Assembly (NCBI GenBank): GCA_049322915.1
Contig: JBMOPW010000021.1
Coordinates: 26,079-90,078 of the forward strand
DNA from: Candidatus Zhuqueibacterota bacterium
GTDB taxonomy: Bacteria; Zhuqueibacterota; Zhuqueibacteria; Thermofontimicrobiales; Thermofontimicrobiaceae
Direction: 5' to 3'
Length of the DNA stretch: 64,000 bases
The notes beneath the pieces are model-generated. The model was given only the letters and a program-made list of their open reading frames with translations, did no database searches and was not told where the DNA came from. The translations under genes were made by a program, and so were the position numbers. This document shows positions 1-13,965 of this stretch, in pieces (position 1 is the stretch's first letter; every line of letters begins with the position of its first letter).

Positions 1-405
1 ATTCTGCGCGCCGGCGAAATACGAGGCCACGCTGTCGACGGGCATTTCCATATTGGATTGGCCGGAGCAGAGCCAGACCTCGCCGAAGAGCGCCTGCCGG
101 ATGGTGATGGTGGTGTCGCCTGTCACGGTGATGGTGAACGGGCCGCCCGCAGCGGTCGTTTTCAGGTAGGCCTTCCAGTCGCCGGCCGCATCCGCCGCAG
201 TCACAACCGGCTCTGGCAGCCAACTTGCCTGAATGGAAACCGCACTGCCCGGTTTTGCCTTGCCCCAGATGGGTGCGGTGAAATTTTGCTGCAACACCAT
301 TCGGTCGCTGAAGAAGGCCGGCAGTCGCAGCGTTGCTTTTTCAGCAGAAAATCCGGAAACGGCAGTCAGCAGGATAAGAATGAAAAAGAAGGATTTTGTT
401 CGCAT
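1..405 (-). CDS. Sialate O-acetylesterase (SGNH/SASA family), 5' part; runs off the window
   Basis: Not in the ORF track. Hand translation from ATG at 405 gives MRTKSFFFILILLTAVSGFSAEKATLRLPAFFSDRMVLQQ...GEVWLCSGQSNMEMP: a signal peptide plus the SDxMVLQ and GEVWLCSGQSNM motifs. Confidence 0.9.
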   Translation of the reverse strand, partial: MRTKSFFFILILLTAVSGFSAEKATLRLPAFFSDRMVLQQNFTAPIWGKAKPGSAVSIQASWLPEPVVTAADAAGDWKAYLKTTAAGGPFTITVTGDTTITIRQALFGEVWLCSGQSNMEMPVDSVASYFAGAQN

Positions 406-486
406 TGTAGAATTCCTTGTATTGTTAATCACTAACCATGATTAGACTTTTAAATGGCTGAAAACAATAAAAAATCGGAAAGAGAC

Positions 487-705
487 TGTCCCGAAGGGAC
501 AATCGGCAATAGCCCGGGAATTTATTCCCGGGACAAAATTAAATGATATTGTGATGAAGTCCCGCAAGGGACGATTGAGATTTTAAACAACCGACTCCTT
601 GTTTCCCATTTTTCATTCGTCCCTGTCTGGACTTGAATTTATTTTCTCAATTCCATCCCCCGACTTGAAAGTTGGGGCTATTCTCAAACTGTCCCTTTGC
701 GACAT
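487..705. repeat. REP/MITE-like palindromic element (nested GTCCC/GGGAC hairpins)
   Basis: TGTCCC-GAA-GGGACA (487-501), CCCGGGAAT-TT-ATTCCCGGG (513-532) and GTCCC-GCAA-GGGAC (559-572). The distal GGGCTATT...TGTCCCT can pair with the proximal AGGGACA...AATAGCCC, giving a ~220 nt foldback. Confidence 0.6.
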
Positions 706-785
706 TCACAATGACTCACGTTTTATATTTTGTCCACCAAGTTCAGGACTGTACATACTCACTAATTTACCAATCACCACTCCCC

Positions 786-3047
786 TCACTCCACCACAAT
801 TTCATCGATGAAAATCCACGCTTTGCCTCCGACGCCGATGTGCCAGCCCGGGCATTTCAGCCGTGAACTGGCGAAGACTTTGATGTACCGCGCGGATTTC
901 CCGCTGACCTCGGTTTGAAATTGCTGCGTGAATGCTTCCGGTTGGGTATCCGGAATTGTATTTTTCACCTGATTCACCAGGTCAAAATGTTCGCCATCCT
1001 CGGAAATGGAAAATTCAACGAACTCCGGCAACCAGATCCAGGCATACCACTGCTGCAGGAACGTTGTCTGAATACGCTGGATGGGGTGACTCTGCCCCAG
1101 ATCGATGATCGCTTCCAGATGCTCATCCTCAAAGCCGAGCCAATTGTAATGATAATCGTTCGGGCCGTGCAGCCCATTGGTCAGGGCTGAACCGCCTCCG
1201 ACCGGGTATTTTTCGCTGTGCCGGGTATTCAGCGTGACCGGTTTCCCAAACGCCAGATTACCTTGAACGCTCACACGCAGCAGTTGCTGAACCGACTTTA
1301 AATAATGCTGCGGCGTTGTCCCATTTTCTTCCAGCAGCCTGATGCCGGCTTTTTCGGCCTGGCGCACGAAATTCTCCAACCGCTGCCGCATGGCCGGTTT
1401 CACGGTCCAGCCTTTCTCAGACTTGTCAAAGTAGGATAAGTCCGCATTGACATCCCGCAGGGAAATATCGAGAATGGCGAATTCCAGGGGCAGCCGGGCG
1501 GTCTTCACCCGCTCGGAAAATTCCGGCTGGTCGCGCACCGCAGCCTCGGCCCTGTCGAACAACTCCGAATAGGCCGCAATGAGCTCCGGGCGCAGGTAGC
1601 TGTCGATGCCATCATAGGGGTAGCCGTAAATATTTAAATTATCGTGGGATGCTTCCAGCGCATCATGCATGGCGTCGATGTACTTTCGAATGTACGGGCC
1701 GGCCGCGCCATAATAGCCGTTGAGAAAATCGGTCATGATTGCATCCACATCCGCATCCGGATTCCACAGCAGTTTGGCAATGATGTACGTGCGCAGCTCA
1801 CCGAATTCACCGATGTTCGCGCCGCAGCCCTGCTGGAACATCATCCGCACGCGATTCTTGGCAAAGAACCGGATATTGGGCTGAAGCACGCGCAGGTTGG
1901 GAAACGGACTCACCATGTTCCGGAACTGAACCACGTAATCCCACATCAAAATGGTGTCGGTGAGTTTCGCCCACGCTTCAATGTCCCGTCGGAAATCTGC
2001 GCTGGTGGAATCCGTGGCAATGGCCTCGCTGCGATTGCATTCGATGCTGCACAGCATGATATTGACATTCGGTTTCGGCGTAACGCCGGTCGGCGCGCTG
2101 CGGGAATACTGATAAGCCAGCGTGGATATGGTCTTATCCGGGAACTCCGCTGCCACGCGATTGACAAAATCAACCAGCGTCCCGGAACTGCCCCCGAATT
2201 TTTGATTCAGCTTTTGGCATGCCTCGCACTGGCATTCGTTGTAATTGTCGTTTTGGGAGACAGACCAGTAATGCGCCTCCGGCTGCTTTTCAATGAGGTC
2301 TCGCAGGTTCTTCACCAGAATGGAGAAGACGTCCGGATTGCTCAGACATAACTGTCCATTGGGAATTCGTTTTCCGCCCAACAGAGAAAAATACTCCGGG
2401 TGCGTTTTGAAATATGTCCCGGCCGGCACAAGTCTTTGAAACGTGTGAACCCACATGCCCCAGTCCTCCAGCCTGTCGGCGCGCGAATGCAGCTTGTGCC
2501 ATTCGCTGTAGCCGCGATCCATGGCCTCGAGATAGTGGATTTCGCGATAATGAAAGTACGGCGCCTGGGTATCGTTGATTGGGTTGATTTTAATTTCTTC
2601 GTTGCGGGGAATGAGGCTCACTGTTGCGCTGTATTTTCGGCAGCCCAGAGAGGTTTCGATGAACGAATACACGCCGCAGAGGGCGCCCTTCCTTTTTCCG
2701 CCGATGATGACCAATTTGTCGTTGAACGTTTTGATGGTGAATCCGTCATCGCCCAGACTATCGGCCGCAGCGCGCTCCTGCCGATTCGTCTCGCCAATGA
2801 TGATTTCGAATTTGCCGGTCGCCGTAGTGTCGGATTGAATGGGAATCTCCGCCCCTGAAATTTGCTTGATGTACGTTTGCAATTCCGAAGCCGCCTGCCG
2901 TTCGATGGGCGTGGCGCTCTCCGAAATGATGATGCTGTATCTGGTCGTCCGGTTTTTCGTCAATTCCAGCACATGAATATCGGAGCAGTGATGAGAAAAA
3001 AGATTTGTAAGAAAAACAATCAGCAACAATCGGAATTTTAAGGGCAT
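786..3047 (-). CDS. DUF4838 domain secreted protein (putative glycoside hydrolase) with C-terminal F5/8-like beta-sandwich
   Basis: GH67N-like N-terminus (AASELQTYIKQISGAEIPI), HPEYFSL...QLCLSNP, SQND...CQCEAC, WDY, and YIIAKLLWNPD. Likely start is MPLKF at 3047. Confidence 0.8.
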   Translation of the reverse strand: MPLKFRLLLIVFLTNLFSHHCSDIHVLELTKNRTTRYSIIISESATPIERQAASELQTYIKQISGAEIPIQSDTTATGKFEIIIGETNRQERAAADSLGDDGFTIKTFNDKLVIIGGKRKGALCGVYSFIETSLGCRKYSATVSLIPRNEEIKINPINDTQAPYFHYREIHYLEAMDRGYSEWHKLHSRADRLEDWGMWVHTFQRLVPAGTYFKTHPEYFSLLGGKRIPNGQLCLSNPDVFSILVKNLRDLIEKQPEAHYWSVSQNDNYNECQCEACQKLNQKFGGSSGTLVDFVNRVAAEFPDKTISTLAYQYSRSAPTGVTPKPNVNIMLCSIECNRSEAIATDSTSADFRRDIEAWAKLTDTILMWDYVVQFRNMVSPFPNLRVLQPNIRFFAKNRVRMMFQQGCGANIGEFGELRTYIIAKLLWNPDADVDAIMTDFLNGYYGAAGPYIRKYIDAMHDALEASHDNLNIYGYPYDGIDSYLRPELIAAYSELFDRAEAAVRDQPEFSERVKTARLPLEFAILDISLRDVNADLSYFDKSEKGWTVKPAMRQRLENFVRQAEKAGIRLLEENGTTPQHYLKSVQQLLRVSVQGNLAFGKPVTLNTRHSEKYPVGGGSALTNGLHGPNDYHYNWLGFEDEHLEAIIDLGQSHPIQRIQTTFLQQWYAWIWLPEFVEFSISEDGEHFDLVNQVKNTIPDTQPEAFTQQFQTEVSGKSARYIKVFASSRLKCPGWHIGVGGKAWIFIDEIVVE

Positions 3048-3164
3048 GGTTTGTCCCTGATCTGGTGAAAGGAAAATGAGTCTGATAAATTGCAGCAACC
3101 GAATTGACTCATGGCCTAATTAATAATTCGAGTAATTCGTGGTCAGTACTAAAGAACTCAACTA

Positions 3165-4040
3165 TTAAAACACAACCTCCGAAACCACCGGATAATGATC
3201 TGAAATATAAACTCCATCCTTTAAAATATTCAGCGTTTCATGGGTCATCACTTTTACGCGGGGATTCACAAAAATGAAATCGATCTCCTGTGTGCCCCCG
3301 GGGTCAGTGAATCCGTTGAATGTGTTTTTGATGCCTGCATGGGGCATTGCGGAGATGGTCCTGGAATCTTTCAAAACAACGTCATCGGGCAGGACGCCGG
3401 TCAGTATTTTATAGGCGCTGTCCTGCGCTGTACAGTTGAAATCACCGGTGAGGATGATCGGTTTTTCTCCGGCAACGGCTTTCATTAAATTCAGCAGCAG
3501 CCGGGCGCTCCGGATTCTGGCCAATTCGCTGATGTGGTCAAAATGGGTATTGAAAACATAGAACTCTCTGTCGCACGTCTTATCCCTGAGACGGACATAA
3601 GTGACAATGCGCGTGCAGGCGGTGTCCCAGCTTTTACTGCTGGGCGCGGTGGGCGTTTCCGAAAGCCACAGCGTGGAATCCCCCATATTCTCGAAGCGAT
3701 CCCGGAGAAAAAAAATCGGCGTAAATTCACCGGCGCTCTTCCCATCATCCCTGCCGACGCCGCACCAGTCGTAATCGAAAAGCAGCGAGTCCAGATCGTC
3801 GAGTTGGCTTTTCAATACCTCCTGCATGCCGATGATGTCGATGTCCCGCTCCAGAATGGCGCCGGCAGCGAGCGCCTTGCGATTGGGCCAGGCATTCACT
3901 CCGTCGTTCGGGTTGTTGTAGCGGATATTGAACGTCATCACGCTGAGTTCGCTATCGAGTTGGGGCGTGGCGCAGGAATTCAGCAACAGAAGAGATGCGC
4001 ATAGAATGAATCCGAAATAGAAGAAGGTTTTCATGGGCAT
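3165..4040 (-). CDS. Endonuclease/exonuclease/phosphatase family lipoprotein
   Basis: MTFNIR, GMQEV, NTHFDH, GDFN and SDHYPV motifs; lipobox-like LLNSC. Confidence 0.9.
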   Translation of the reverse strand: MPMKTFFYFGFILCASLLLLNSCATPQLDSELSVMTFNIRYNNPNDGVNAWPNRKALAAGAILERDIDIIGMQEVLKSQLDDLDSLLFDYDWCGVGRDDGKSAGEFTPIFFLRDRFENMGDSTLWLSETPTAPSSKSWDTACTRIVTYVRLRDKTCDREFYVFNTHFDHISELARIRSARLLLNLMKAVAGEKPIILTGDFNCTAQDSAYKILTGVLPDDVVLKDSRTISAMPHAGIKNTFNGFTDPGGTQEIDFIFVNPRVKVMTHETLNILKDGVYISDHYPVVSEVVF

Positions 4041-4156
4041 GGATTCCTTAAATTGTTGTTGCAGTTCAATGAAATAAAATTCAGAAAAGTGCTACTGTTC
4101 ACGGGCCTGTCGATTGAAACCGGGCCTGTCTTGTGACATTGCCGGCGCGCGGCTGG

Positions 4157-5200
4157 CTACCGTCCCTCATTTTCCAGATCGATTTTGCGCCACTCGTCGA
4201 AAATGACCAGTGCGGTCTCCGGGTTGGCGCCGGCGCCGAACTCGAACTCGGCGATGAGGCCGCCGTTCGGGTCGTACAGATGTTTTGCCATCTCGCGCAC
4301 GGCATCGCGACCATCCTGGGGATTGGCAGAGGGCAACACATGCTGGCGGTCGATTTCTCCCCAGAAAGTGATTTTGCCCTTCACGCGACGGCTCAGATCG
4401 GCCATGTCCATGCAGAACAGTTGTGAATTAATGGCATCCACGCCGATTTCGACAAGGTCATCGTAGATTTCAGAAATGAACCCGTCCGAGTGCATGAAGA
4501 CGAACTTGCCCCGGGCATGGGCGATGTCGCAATAGTCTTTATACAGCGGTTTGAACAGCTCGCGCCAGATCCTCGGCGGAATGAGCAACTGATTTTGCGC
4601 GCCCCAGTCGTCCATGAACATGAGCGCGTCGACATCCATCTGCGCCCAGAATTCCAATTCTTTCACGTAGAACGCATGAATTTTCCGGAGCAGATCCCCA
4701 CCGCCTTGTTCCGGCATCATCATATCGACCATAGCATTCTCTGTACCGCGCACAAACTGGTAGCGTTCCCAGGGACGGGGACAGCAGTTGGCAAGGACAA
4801 AGCGATTGGTGCTATCGTAAAAACGGCGAATCTGGTCCCTGGCTGGCTGGAGCGCCGTCGGTAGTTGATCGTAAGGTGGTTTCACCTGTTTCCGGTCGGC
4901 GATGTCCAAAAGCTGCGGCGTCTCCACTTCGCCAATCACACCTTCCTGGATGTTCCTGAATTTGCAGCCCCATTCATCGGTGAAATAGCCGATCTGGTAA
5001 GGATCGCCTTTCACGCGCGGCGAGGCCGGATAGAAATAATCCGGACGCACAAAATCATTGGGATAGAGTTCTTCAATTTTCTTAACCGTATCCGGGTAGC
5101 GCATCCCGGCCCAGGGCAGTAGCCAGAGATCGCGGGGCGTTCGTTCCGGGCGTTCAAATTTTAGGCAGCGGGTGACAATTTCCCGCGGGGTTTGCGGCAT
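4157..5200 (-). CDS. Uroporphyrinogen decarboxylase/MtaA-CmuA superfamily protein
   Basis: TDEWG, DDWGAQNQLLI, FMHSDG and FWGEIDRQHVL motifs. Confidence 0.85.
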   Translation of the reverse strand: MPQTPREIVTRCLKFERPERTPRDLWLLPWAGMRYPDTVKKIEELYPNDFVRPDYFYPASPRVKGDPYQIGYFTDEWGCKFRNIQEGVIGEVETPQLLDIADRKQVKPPYDQLPTALQPARDQIRRFYDSTNRFVLANCCPRPWERYQFVRGTENAMVDMMMPEQGGGDLLRKIHAFYVKELEFWAQMDVDALMFMDDWGAQNQLLIPPRIWRELFKPLYKDYCDIAHARGKFVFMHSDGFISEIYDDLVEIGVDAINSQLFCMDMADLSRRVKGKITFWGEIDRQHVLPSANPQDGRDAVREMAKHLYDPNGGLIAEFEFGAGANPETALVIFDEWRKIDLENEGR

Positions 5201-5352
5201 GGGTTCTCCTGCGAATTTTTATCAATCATCAAAACGAGGCAGCGGAGAGTCCCCGGAATATCGTCCGGGAACTCATCGTCCAATAACTCGTCGTAAGGTC
5301 TGAATGGGTTGTAACGTGTCGGCCAAGCGCAAGTAGCATCAGCCGACGGCCG

Positions 5353-7836
5353 TCACTTTCCGGCTTTATCGGAATAAAACAGCACCGGGGCCGGGATAAT
5401 CTGCCTGGCAATGCCCGGGCCTGCATAGCGCACCATCAATCCCAGTCCGTATTCCTTTTGAAAATAGTCGACTGAAATGAGATGATACCCGGCCTTCAAC
5501 GCAATTTTTCCGGATTCTTCGCGCATGCCGTGAATGCCGTCGTTGGTGACAACCGGCTTCGCGTCAATCGACAGCGCAGAGCCATCGTCGGATTCTGTGA
5601 AAAATGTGTAGACACCATCGGCTGGAATGCGAAGGAAGCCTTCGAATCGCAGGCCAAAATTTTTATCCACCGGCGAAGGCGTCAGATCGAAGGACGCGCA
5701 GGTTTTAACCGCGGCCGCTTTCAGCGTCGAAAAATCGGGCAGGCTGTCCCACGCCCCTTCGAAGTAGTGGACGACCAGGCCCGGTTTTGGTTTGGATAGC
5801 TTCAGGGCAGGCATTAACTCCACTTTTTGGCAGGTGAATTGGCTCACCCGGCTGCGGATATTCTCCGGCCAGATTGTCACCGCGTTGATCGTTGTGGTCT
5901 GTGAAAATTCCAGTGGCGCTGAATACAGGGGCGAAGTCGCGCCGGGGAGGCTGCCATCCAGGCTGTAATGGATTTCACCGCCGGCGCTGCCCGTCAGTTT
6001 GACCACCGCCTTTTTCAGAAAAACGTCGTCGGTGGATTCAAATTCCGGGGACAGATACCCGTGGTTCATTTTCTTCACCGTCTCCGTATCCATTTTAATG
6101 ACAGCCCGATCGTACGTCATCAGGCCATTCACTTCTATTTCCACGTCGGTTGTTTGCGTGTACACAGCCGCTGCCAGACCGTTTTTCCTGAGCGGCTGCA
6201 ATTTTCGGCACAGGATTTCGTAGGCTTCGGTCAATTGCTCGGCTGTCTTGTACCCACGATAGCCCCAATTTTTCTCCTTGCGCCACGAATGATCCAGCAG
6301 AGGCAAACCAAGCCCGCCGTATTCGCCCAAAACTGCTGCGCGAAATGGCTCATTGGCTGGCGCAGCCGGGCCGGGGTAGGCATGAATATCGTTCACGTCG
6401 CCGGTATTGCGGTCGGTCCAGCCGCTGGCATTGTTGACCAGCCGCGTGGAATCGTACTGCTTGATCCAGGCGACAATGCCCTCTGTGTCGAACTGCCCCC
6501 ACCCTTCATTGAACGGCACCCACATCACAATGCTGGGGTGATTGTAGCGTCCATCGATGAGCTGCTGCAATTCCTGTTTGAACTGGGCCGCCGATTCTTC
6601 CGTCCTGATGATGTCCGGATCATTGGGGCCGATGTAAGCATCCCCGGAAGGCATATCCTGCCACACCATCAATCCCAGCTTATCGCACCAATAATACCAG
6701 CGCGCCGGCTCGATCTTCACATGCTTGCGCGCCATGTTGAACCCGAGCTGCCGGGTTACTTCGATGTCATAACGCAGGGCTTCGTCGGTAGGCGCGGTGT
6801 ACAGGCCATCCGGCCACCAGCCCTGATCCAGCGGCCCGTGATGAAATAATGGTGTGTCGTTGAGGAACAGGCGTTTAGCGCCATCCGGCGCCTGCTCGAC
6901 GGAGATTTTTCGCATCCCGAAATAGCTGGTAACCTCGTCCATCTTTGTATCGCTCTGATAAATGGTGATTTCAAGGCCGTATAAGAATGGCGAGTCCGGC
7001 GACCAGAGTTTGGCTTCTTCATCGAGATAAATATCGATGGTCTCGTCCCAGAGACTTTCCGCCTCAATGGCGACCTGATCTCCGTCTTTCACTTTGATCT
7101 GGACGCGTTGATTTTCCCTGTCCCCTGTGGTGACGAGGTTCAGAGATAAAATGCTGTCATCGATATTCGTCCGGATTTTAAATGACTCAATGTGCGTCTC
7201 TGCCAGCGGCTCCAGCCAGACTGTCTGCCAGATGCCGGTGACTGAGGTGTACCAGATGCCGCCGGGTTTGGCAACCTGTTTCCCGCGCGGCTGCGCGCCG
7301 CTATCGATGGGATCCCACACGCGCAGGACAATTTCATTGTCTTCGGATTTCAGCGCGTGGGTGATGTCGTAACTGAATGCATCATAGCCGCCGCGATGGC
7401 GTCCGATGGCGTGATCATTGACCCACACCGTAGTCTCCCAATCCACAGCGCCGAAATTCAGGTGGACATGTTTTCCAGCCCAGCCGGGAGCAAGCGTGAA
7501 CGTTCGCCGGTACCACAGACAGTTTTCAGCGCCGACCGGTTTTTTCACGCCGGACAGAGCGGATTCAACCGGAAACGGCACAAGAATTTCACCATCAAAA
7601 TCAGCCGGGCAATCTTCAGCGACAGGACGAATGGCATATTCCCACAGGCCATTGAGGTTTTGCCACTCGTTTCGGACAAGCTGCGGCCGCGGGTATTCCG
7701 GCAAAGGATTTTCCGGATTGACCTGCGGCGTCCAGCGAGTAATGATGTCGCCGGGGACCAGCGCCCAGGAGTTCTGCTTCGAGCAGTTGGAGAAAAATAG
7801 CATACATAACATTCCCGGAATCATAAGGTAATTCAT
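5353..7836 (-). CDS. GH2 beta-galactosidase-like protein with Fn3-associated and PA14 domains
   Basis: PEYPRP, HRGGY, LDQGWWPDGLYTAP, RKHVK, WVPFNEGWGQ and GEYGG motifs; IHYSLDGS linker; ESDDGS PA14 motif. GGAGG precedes ATG at 7836. Confidence 0.9.
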   Translation of the reverse strand: MNYLMIPGMLCMLFFSNCSKQNSWALVPGDIITRWTPQVNPENPLPEYPRPQLVRNEWQNLNGLWEYAIRPVAEDCPADFDGEILVPFPVESALSGVKKPVGAENCLWYRRTFTLAPGWAGKHVHLNFGAVDWETTVWVNDHAIGRHRGGYDAFSYDITHALKSEDNEIVLRVWDPIDSGAQPRGKQVAKPGGIWYTSVTGIWQTVWLEPLAETHIESFKIRTNIDDSILSLNLVTTGDRENQRVQIKVKDGDQVAIEAESLWDETIDIYLDEEAKLWSPDSPFLYGLEITIYQSDTKMDEVTSYFGMRKISVEQAPDGAKRLFLNDTPLFHHGPLDQGWWPDGLYTAPTDEALRYDIEVTRQLGFNMARKHVKIEPARWYYWCDKLGLMVWQDMPSGDAYIGPNDPDIIRTEESAAQFKQELQQLIDGRYNHPSIVMWVPFNEGWGQFDTEGIVAWIKQYDSTRLVNNASGWTDRNTGDVNDIHAYPGPAAPANEPFRAAVLGEYGGLGLPLLDHSWRKEKNWGYRGYKTAEQLTEAYEILCRKLQPLRKNGLAAAVYTQTTDVEIEVNGLMTYDRAVIKMDTETVKKMNHGYLSPEFESTDDVFLKKAVVKLTGSAGGEIHYSLDGSLPGATSPLYSAPLEFSQTTTINAVTIWPENIRSRVSQFTCQKVELMPALKLSKPKPGLVVHYFEGAWDSLPDFSTLKAAAVKTCASFDLTPSPVDKNFGLRFEGFLRIPADGVYTFFTESDDGSALSIDAKPVVTNDGIHGMREESGKIALKAGYHLISVDYFQKEYGLGLMVRYAGPGIARQIIPAPVLFYSDKAGK

Positions 7837-8067
7837 CGTTCCTCCAGTTAACAAATCATCGATCCGTTTATTTAACTTCATGAATCTACAGAAATTTTAA
7901 TCTGTACTATTCAATCGAACTTCAATGAATATAAATGCCCCATTGAAATACTCTGAGACTATTATGGGCAAAAGCCCTTGACCTCGGAGAAATTTCTCCG
8001 GATTCCGGTTCTCAGGAACGAGGTGGATCAGAGATGGTGACTTCTGTTCTTTGAGTCGGTTTGGTCA

Positions 8068-11346
<3,279 letters not shown>

Positions 11347-11428
11347 TTAGTAAATTTCATTTGAAATTACCTGTTACCCATGGAAGCGATTTTATTCGGT
11401 CGGGATAATTCATTCCATTGAAATCAAG

Positions 11429-13833
11429 CTATTTTAAAATCAAATGGCTTTCCAGCGCATATGTCTGCCCCGGTTCAACCTTGATGTCAGCAACAGTGTC
11501 ACGATAGCGTATTTTACACTCACCCCTGATTCGGGAGCGAAGTGAGACTTTGCTCAGCCGGCCCGCTCGCCAGGTCATATCGATGACAAATCCGCCGCGG
11601 GCGCACAAGCCGGTGACCTCACCATCAGGCCAGGCGGAAGGCAGCGCCGGGAGTAGATGGATCTCTCCTGTGTGGGATTGCAGCAGCATTTCCGCGATGC
11701 CGGCGCAGCCGCCGAAATTGCCATCGATTTGAAACGGCGGATGTGCACAAAATAAGTTGGGAAATGTGCCGCCGGCATTCAAGTAGTCATACTCCTGGCT
11801 CGTTGTCGGGCGAAGCAGCGTGTGCAGCATTTGATGGGCGCGATCCCCTTCATGCAGTCTCGCACGAAAGCTGATTTTCCAGGCCAACGACCAACCGGTG
11901 CCGCCATCGCCGCGCGCTTCCAGCGAGGTTCGCGCTGCCCGCGCGAGTTCGGGCGTATGTTGCAACGTAATCTGCCTGCCCGGGTGCAACGCAAAAAGAT
12001 GGGACAGATGCCGATGTTTGTTCTCCGGATCGTCGCGGTCTTCTATCCATTCCTGCAACTGACCCCAGCGCCCGATTTTTGGCGGTGCTATTTTCTCCCT
12101 GGCTGCCGCAATTCGCTCTGTCAGGGGATCCTGAAGATTGAGAATCGTGCGCGCTTCGAGAATATTGGTGAACAAATCCCATACTATCTGATGATCCATT
12201 GAAGCGCCGGCGGAAATGCCGCCCTGCTCCATGGAGTAGGAGGGAGCGGAAACCAGGCAGCCGTCCTCGTTCTCGATGAGATTATCCAGCCAGAATTCAG
12301 CGGCCTCTTTCATCAGTGGCAACGCTGTTTCGCGGAGATAGACAGAGTCCCGGGTGAAGGCGAAATGCTCCCATACATGCTGGCATAACCAGGCTGCGCC
12401 GACAGGGAAAAACCCCCAGGGGAAATCCCAGCCGGGCGCAGTGAAGCCGAACGTGTTGAGCATGGTGCAGGCAATCCACCCTTTCGCGTTGAAATGCTCC
12501 CGCGCAGATAAACGGCCCGGAACGCGCAGGCTTTCCACAAAGTCGATCAGGGGCAGGTGGCATTCGGAAAGATTCGTCACTTCAGCCGGCCAGTAATTCA
12601 TTTCAACGTTGATATCAGTATGATAATCGCATGCCCAGGGCGGATTATTGGAATGATTCCATTTGCCCTGCAAATTTGCCGGCAGAGTCCCCGGTCGGGA
12701 ACTGGAAATGAGCAGGTATCGCCCGAACTGGAAATAGAGCGCTTCTAACTGCGGATCAAGGACGCCGGCGTTGTAGTCAATCAATCGTTGGTCCGTGGAT
12801 TTGTCACCGGCAGTTGATTTGCCCAATTGCAGGCGCAGCCGATGAAACAGGTTTTGATAATCAGCCACGTGCTTTTCTAAAATCTGTTCGAAGGATTGAG
12901 TCGAAATTTTTGTTATCACATCCCGATTCAGGGCGGAAAAATTGCGACCTCTGTAATTCGGATGGATTGGCAAATAGTCCGTCGCAGCGGAAAAATAAAT
13001 GGTCACATGGTCTGCATGCAAAATCCGGATTGAATTCTCTGAAAAATGTATTTCTCCATGTCCAATCTCGAACCTCATTCGCGCTTCGAATTTCATGCCA
13101 TTGTCTGTCACTTCGCCCAGGATCACCAGTTGATTGTCCGAAAACGATTGCTCCATGATGTGATGATCTGTCGGGAAGCGGATCTGATAGTTTGTCCCGC
13201 CCGGATCGTTGCTATCAAAATGAAAAACGAGCGCTCTGGCCGGGTAGCTCGCAAAGTACGTGCGGTTATACTCGATGTCCCCGCATGTATAACGGACAGA
13301 ACCGACCGCGCGATTCAGATCGAGCTCTCGCCTGTAATTCGTCGGATGACCGGCATGGTCGACGCGGACGAGCAAATCGCCCAGCGACTGATACGCTCCA
13401 TAGTCGCCGTAACTGAGCGTGGCGTTTTCGGTGTGAATGATGCCAGTCAATTTTTGATTGGCCAGGTTATGGGCTTCATCATATTTTTTTTTTGACGGAG
13501 CAGGTCCCGCACGCGGGGTAGAAAATTATGTGCGCCGGTTCGGTTCCCCCCGTTGTATTGCAGATGACTCCCCGGTCCGCCTGCCCAGAGCGATTCTTCA
13601 TTCAATTGAATTCGTTCCTCTTGCACGCCGCCAAAAAACATCGCGCCTAAATAGCCATTGCCGATGGGCAGGGCTTCGGTCATCCATTCTGCAGCCGGCC
13701 TGGTGTACCAGAGTTTGAGATTCTCGTTTTTCACTTCTTTTCCACAAAACAGAAATGAAAGGATTGACAGGAGAAATATAATTTTAAAATGGAGAATGGT
13801 TCTTTGCGCGCAATTTAAAGATGTAAAATTCAT
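11429..13833 (-). pseudogene. GH95 alpha-1,2-L-fucosidase split by a frameshift in an A10 run
   Basis: The 128 aa ORF (signal peptide, LWY..PA, ALPIGNG, IQLNEESLW) continues in another frame as the 673 aa ORF (FGRYLLISSSR, PANLQG, NVEMNYW, HRHLSHL, FQIDGNFG). The frame changes at the T10 run at 13484-13493. Confidence 0.85.
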
Positions 13834-13863
13834 AGGGCAAATGTTTTCTGTGGATTCAAAAAG

Positions 13864-13947
13864 TGAACACTGATGACACGGATGATGCAGATTAACGCGG
13901 AAAAAAATCTGTGGAAATCCGCGCGCTCTGTGTCATCCGCGTGCTAT
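13864..13947. repeat. Imperfect palindromic REP-like element (CACGGAT/ATCCGCG type)
   Basis: Intergenic foldback GATGACACGGA...CGCGGA...TCCGCG...TCTGTGTCATC. Confidence 0.5.
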
Positions 13948-13965
13948 GTTTTTATCAGTGCCGGA

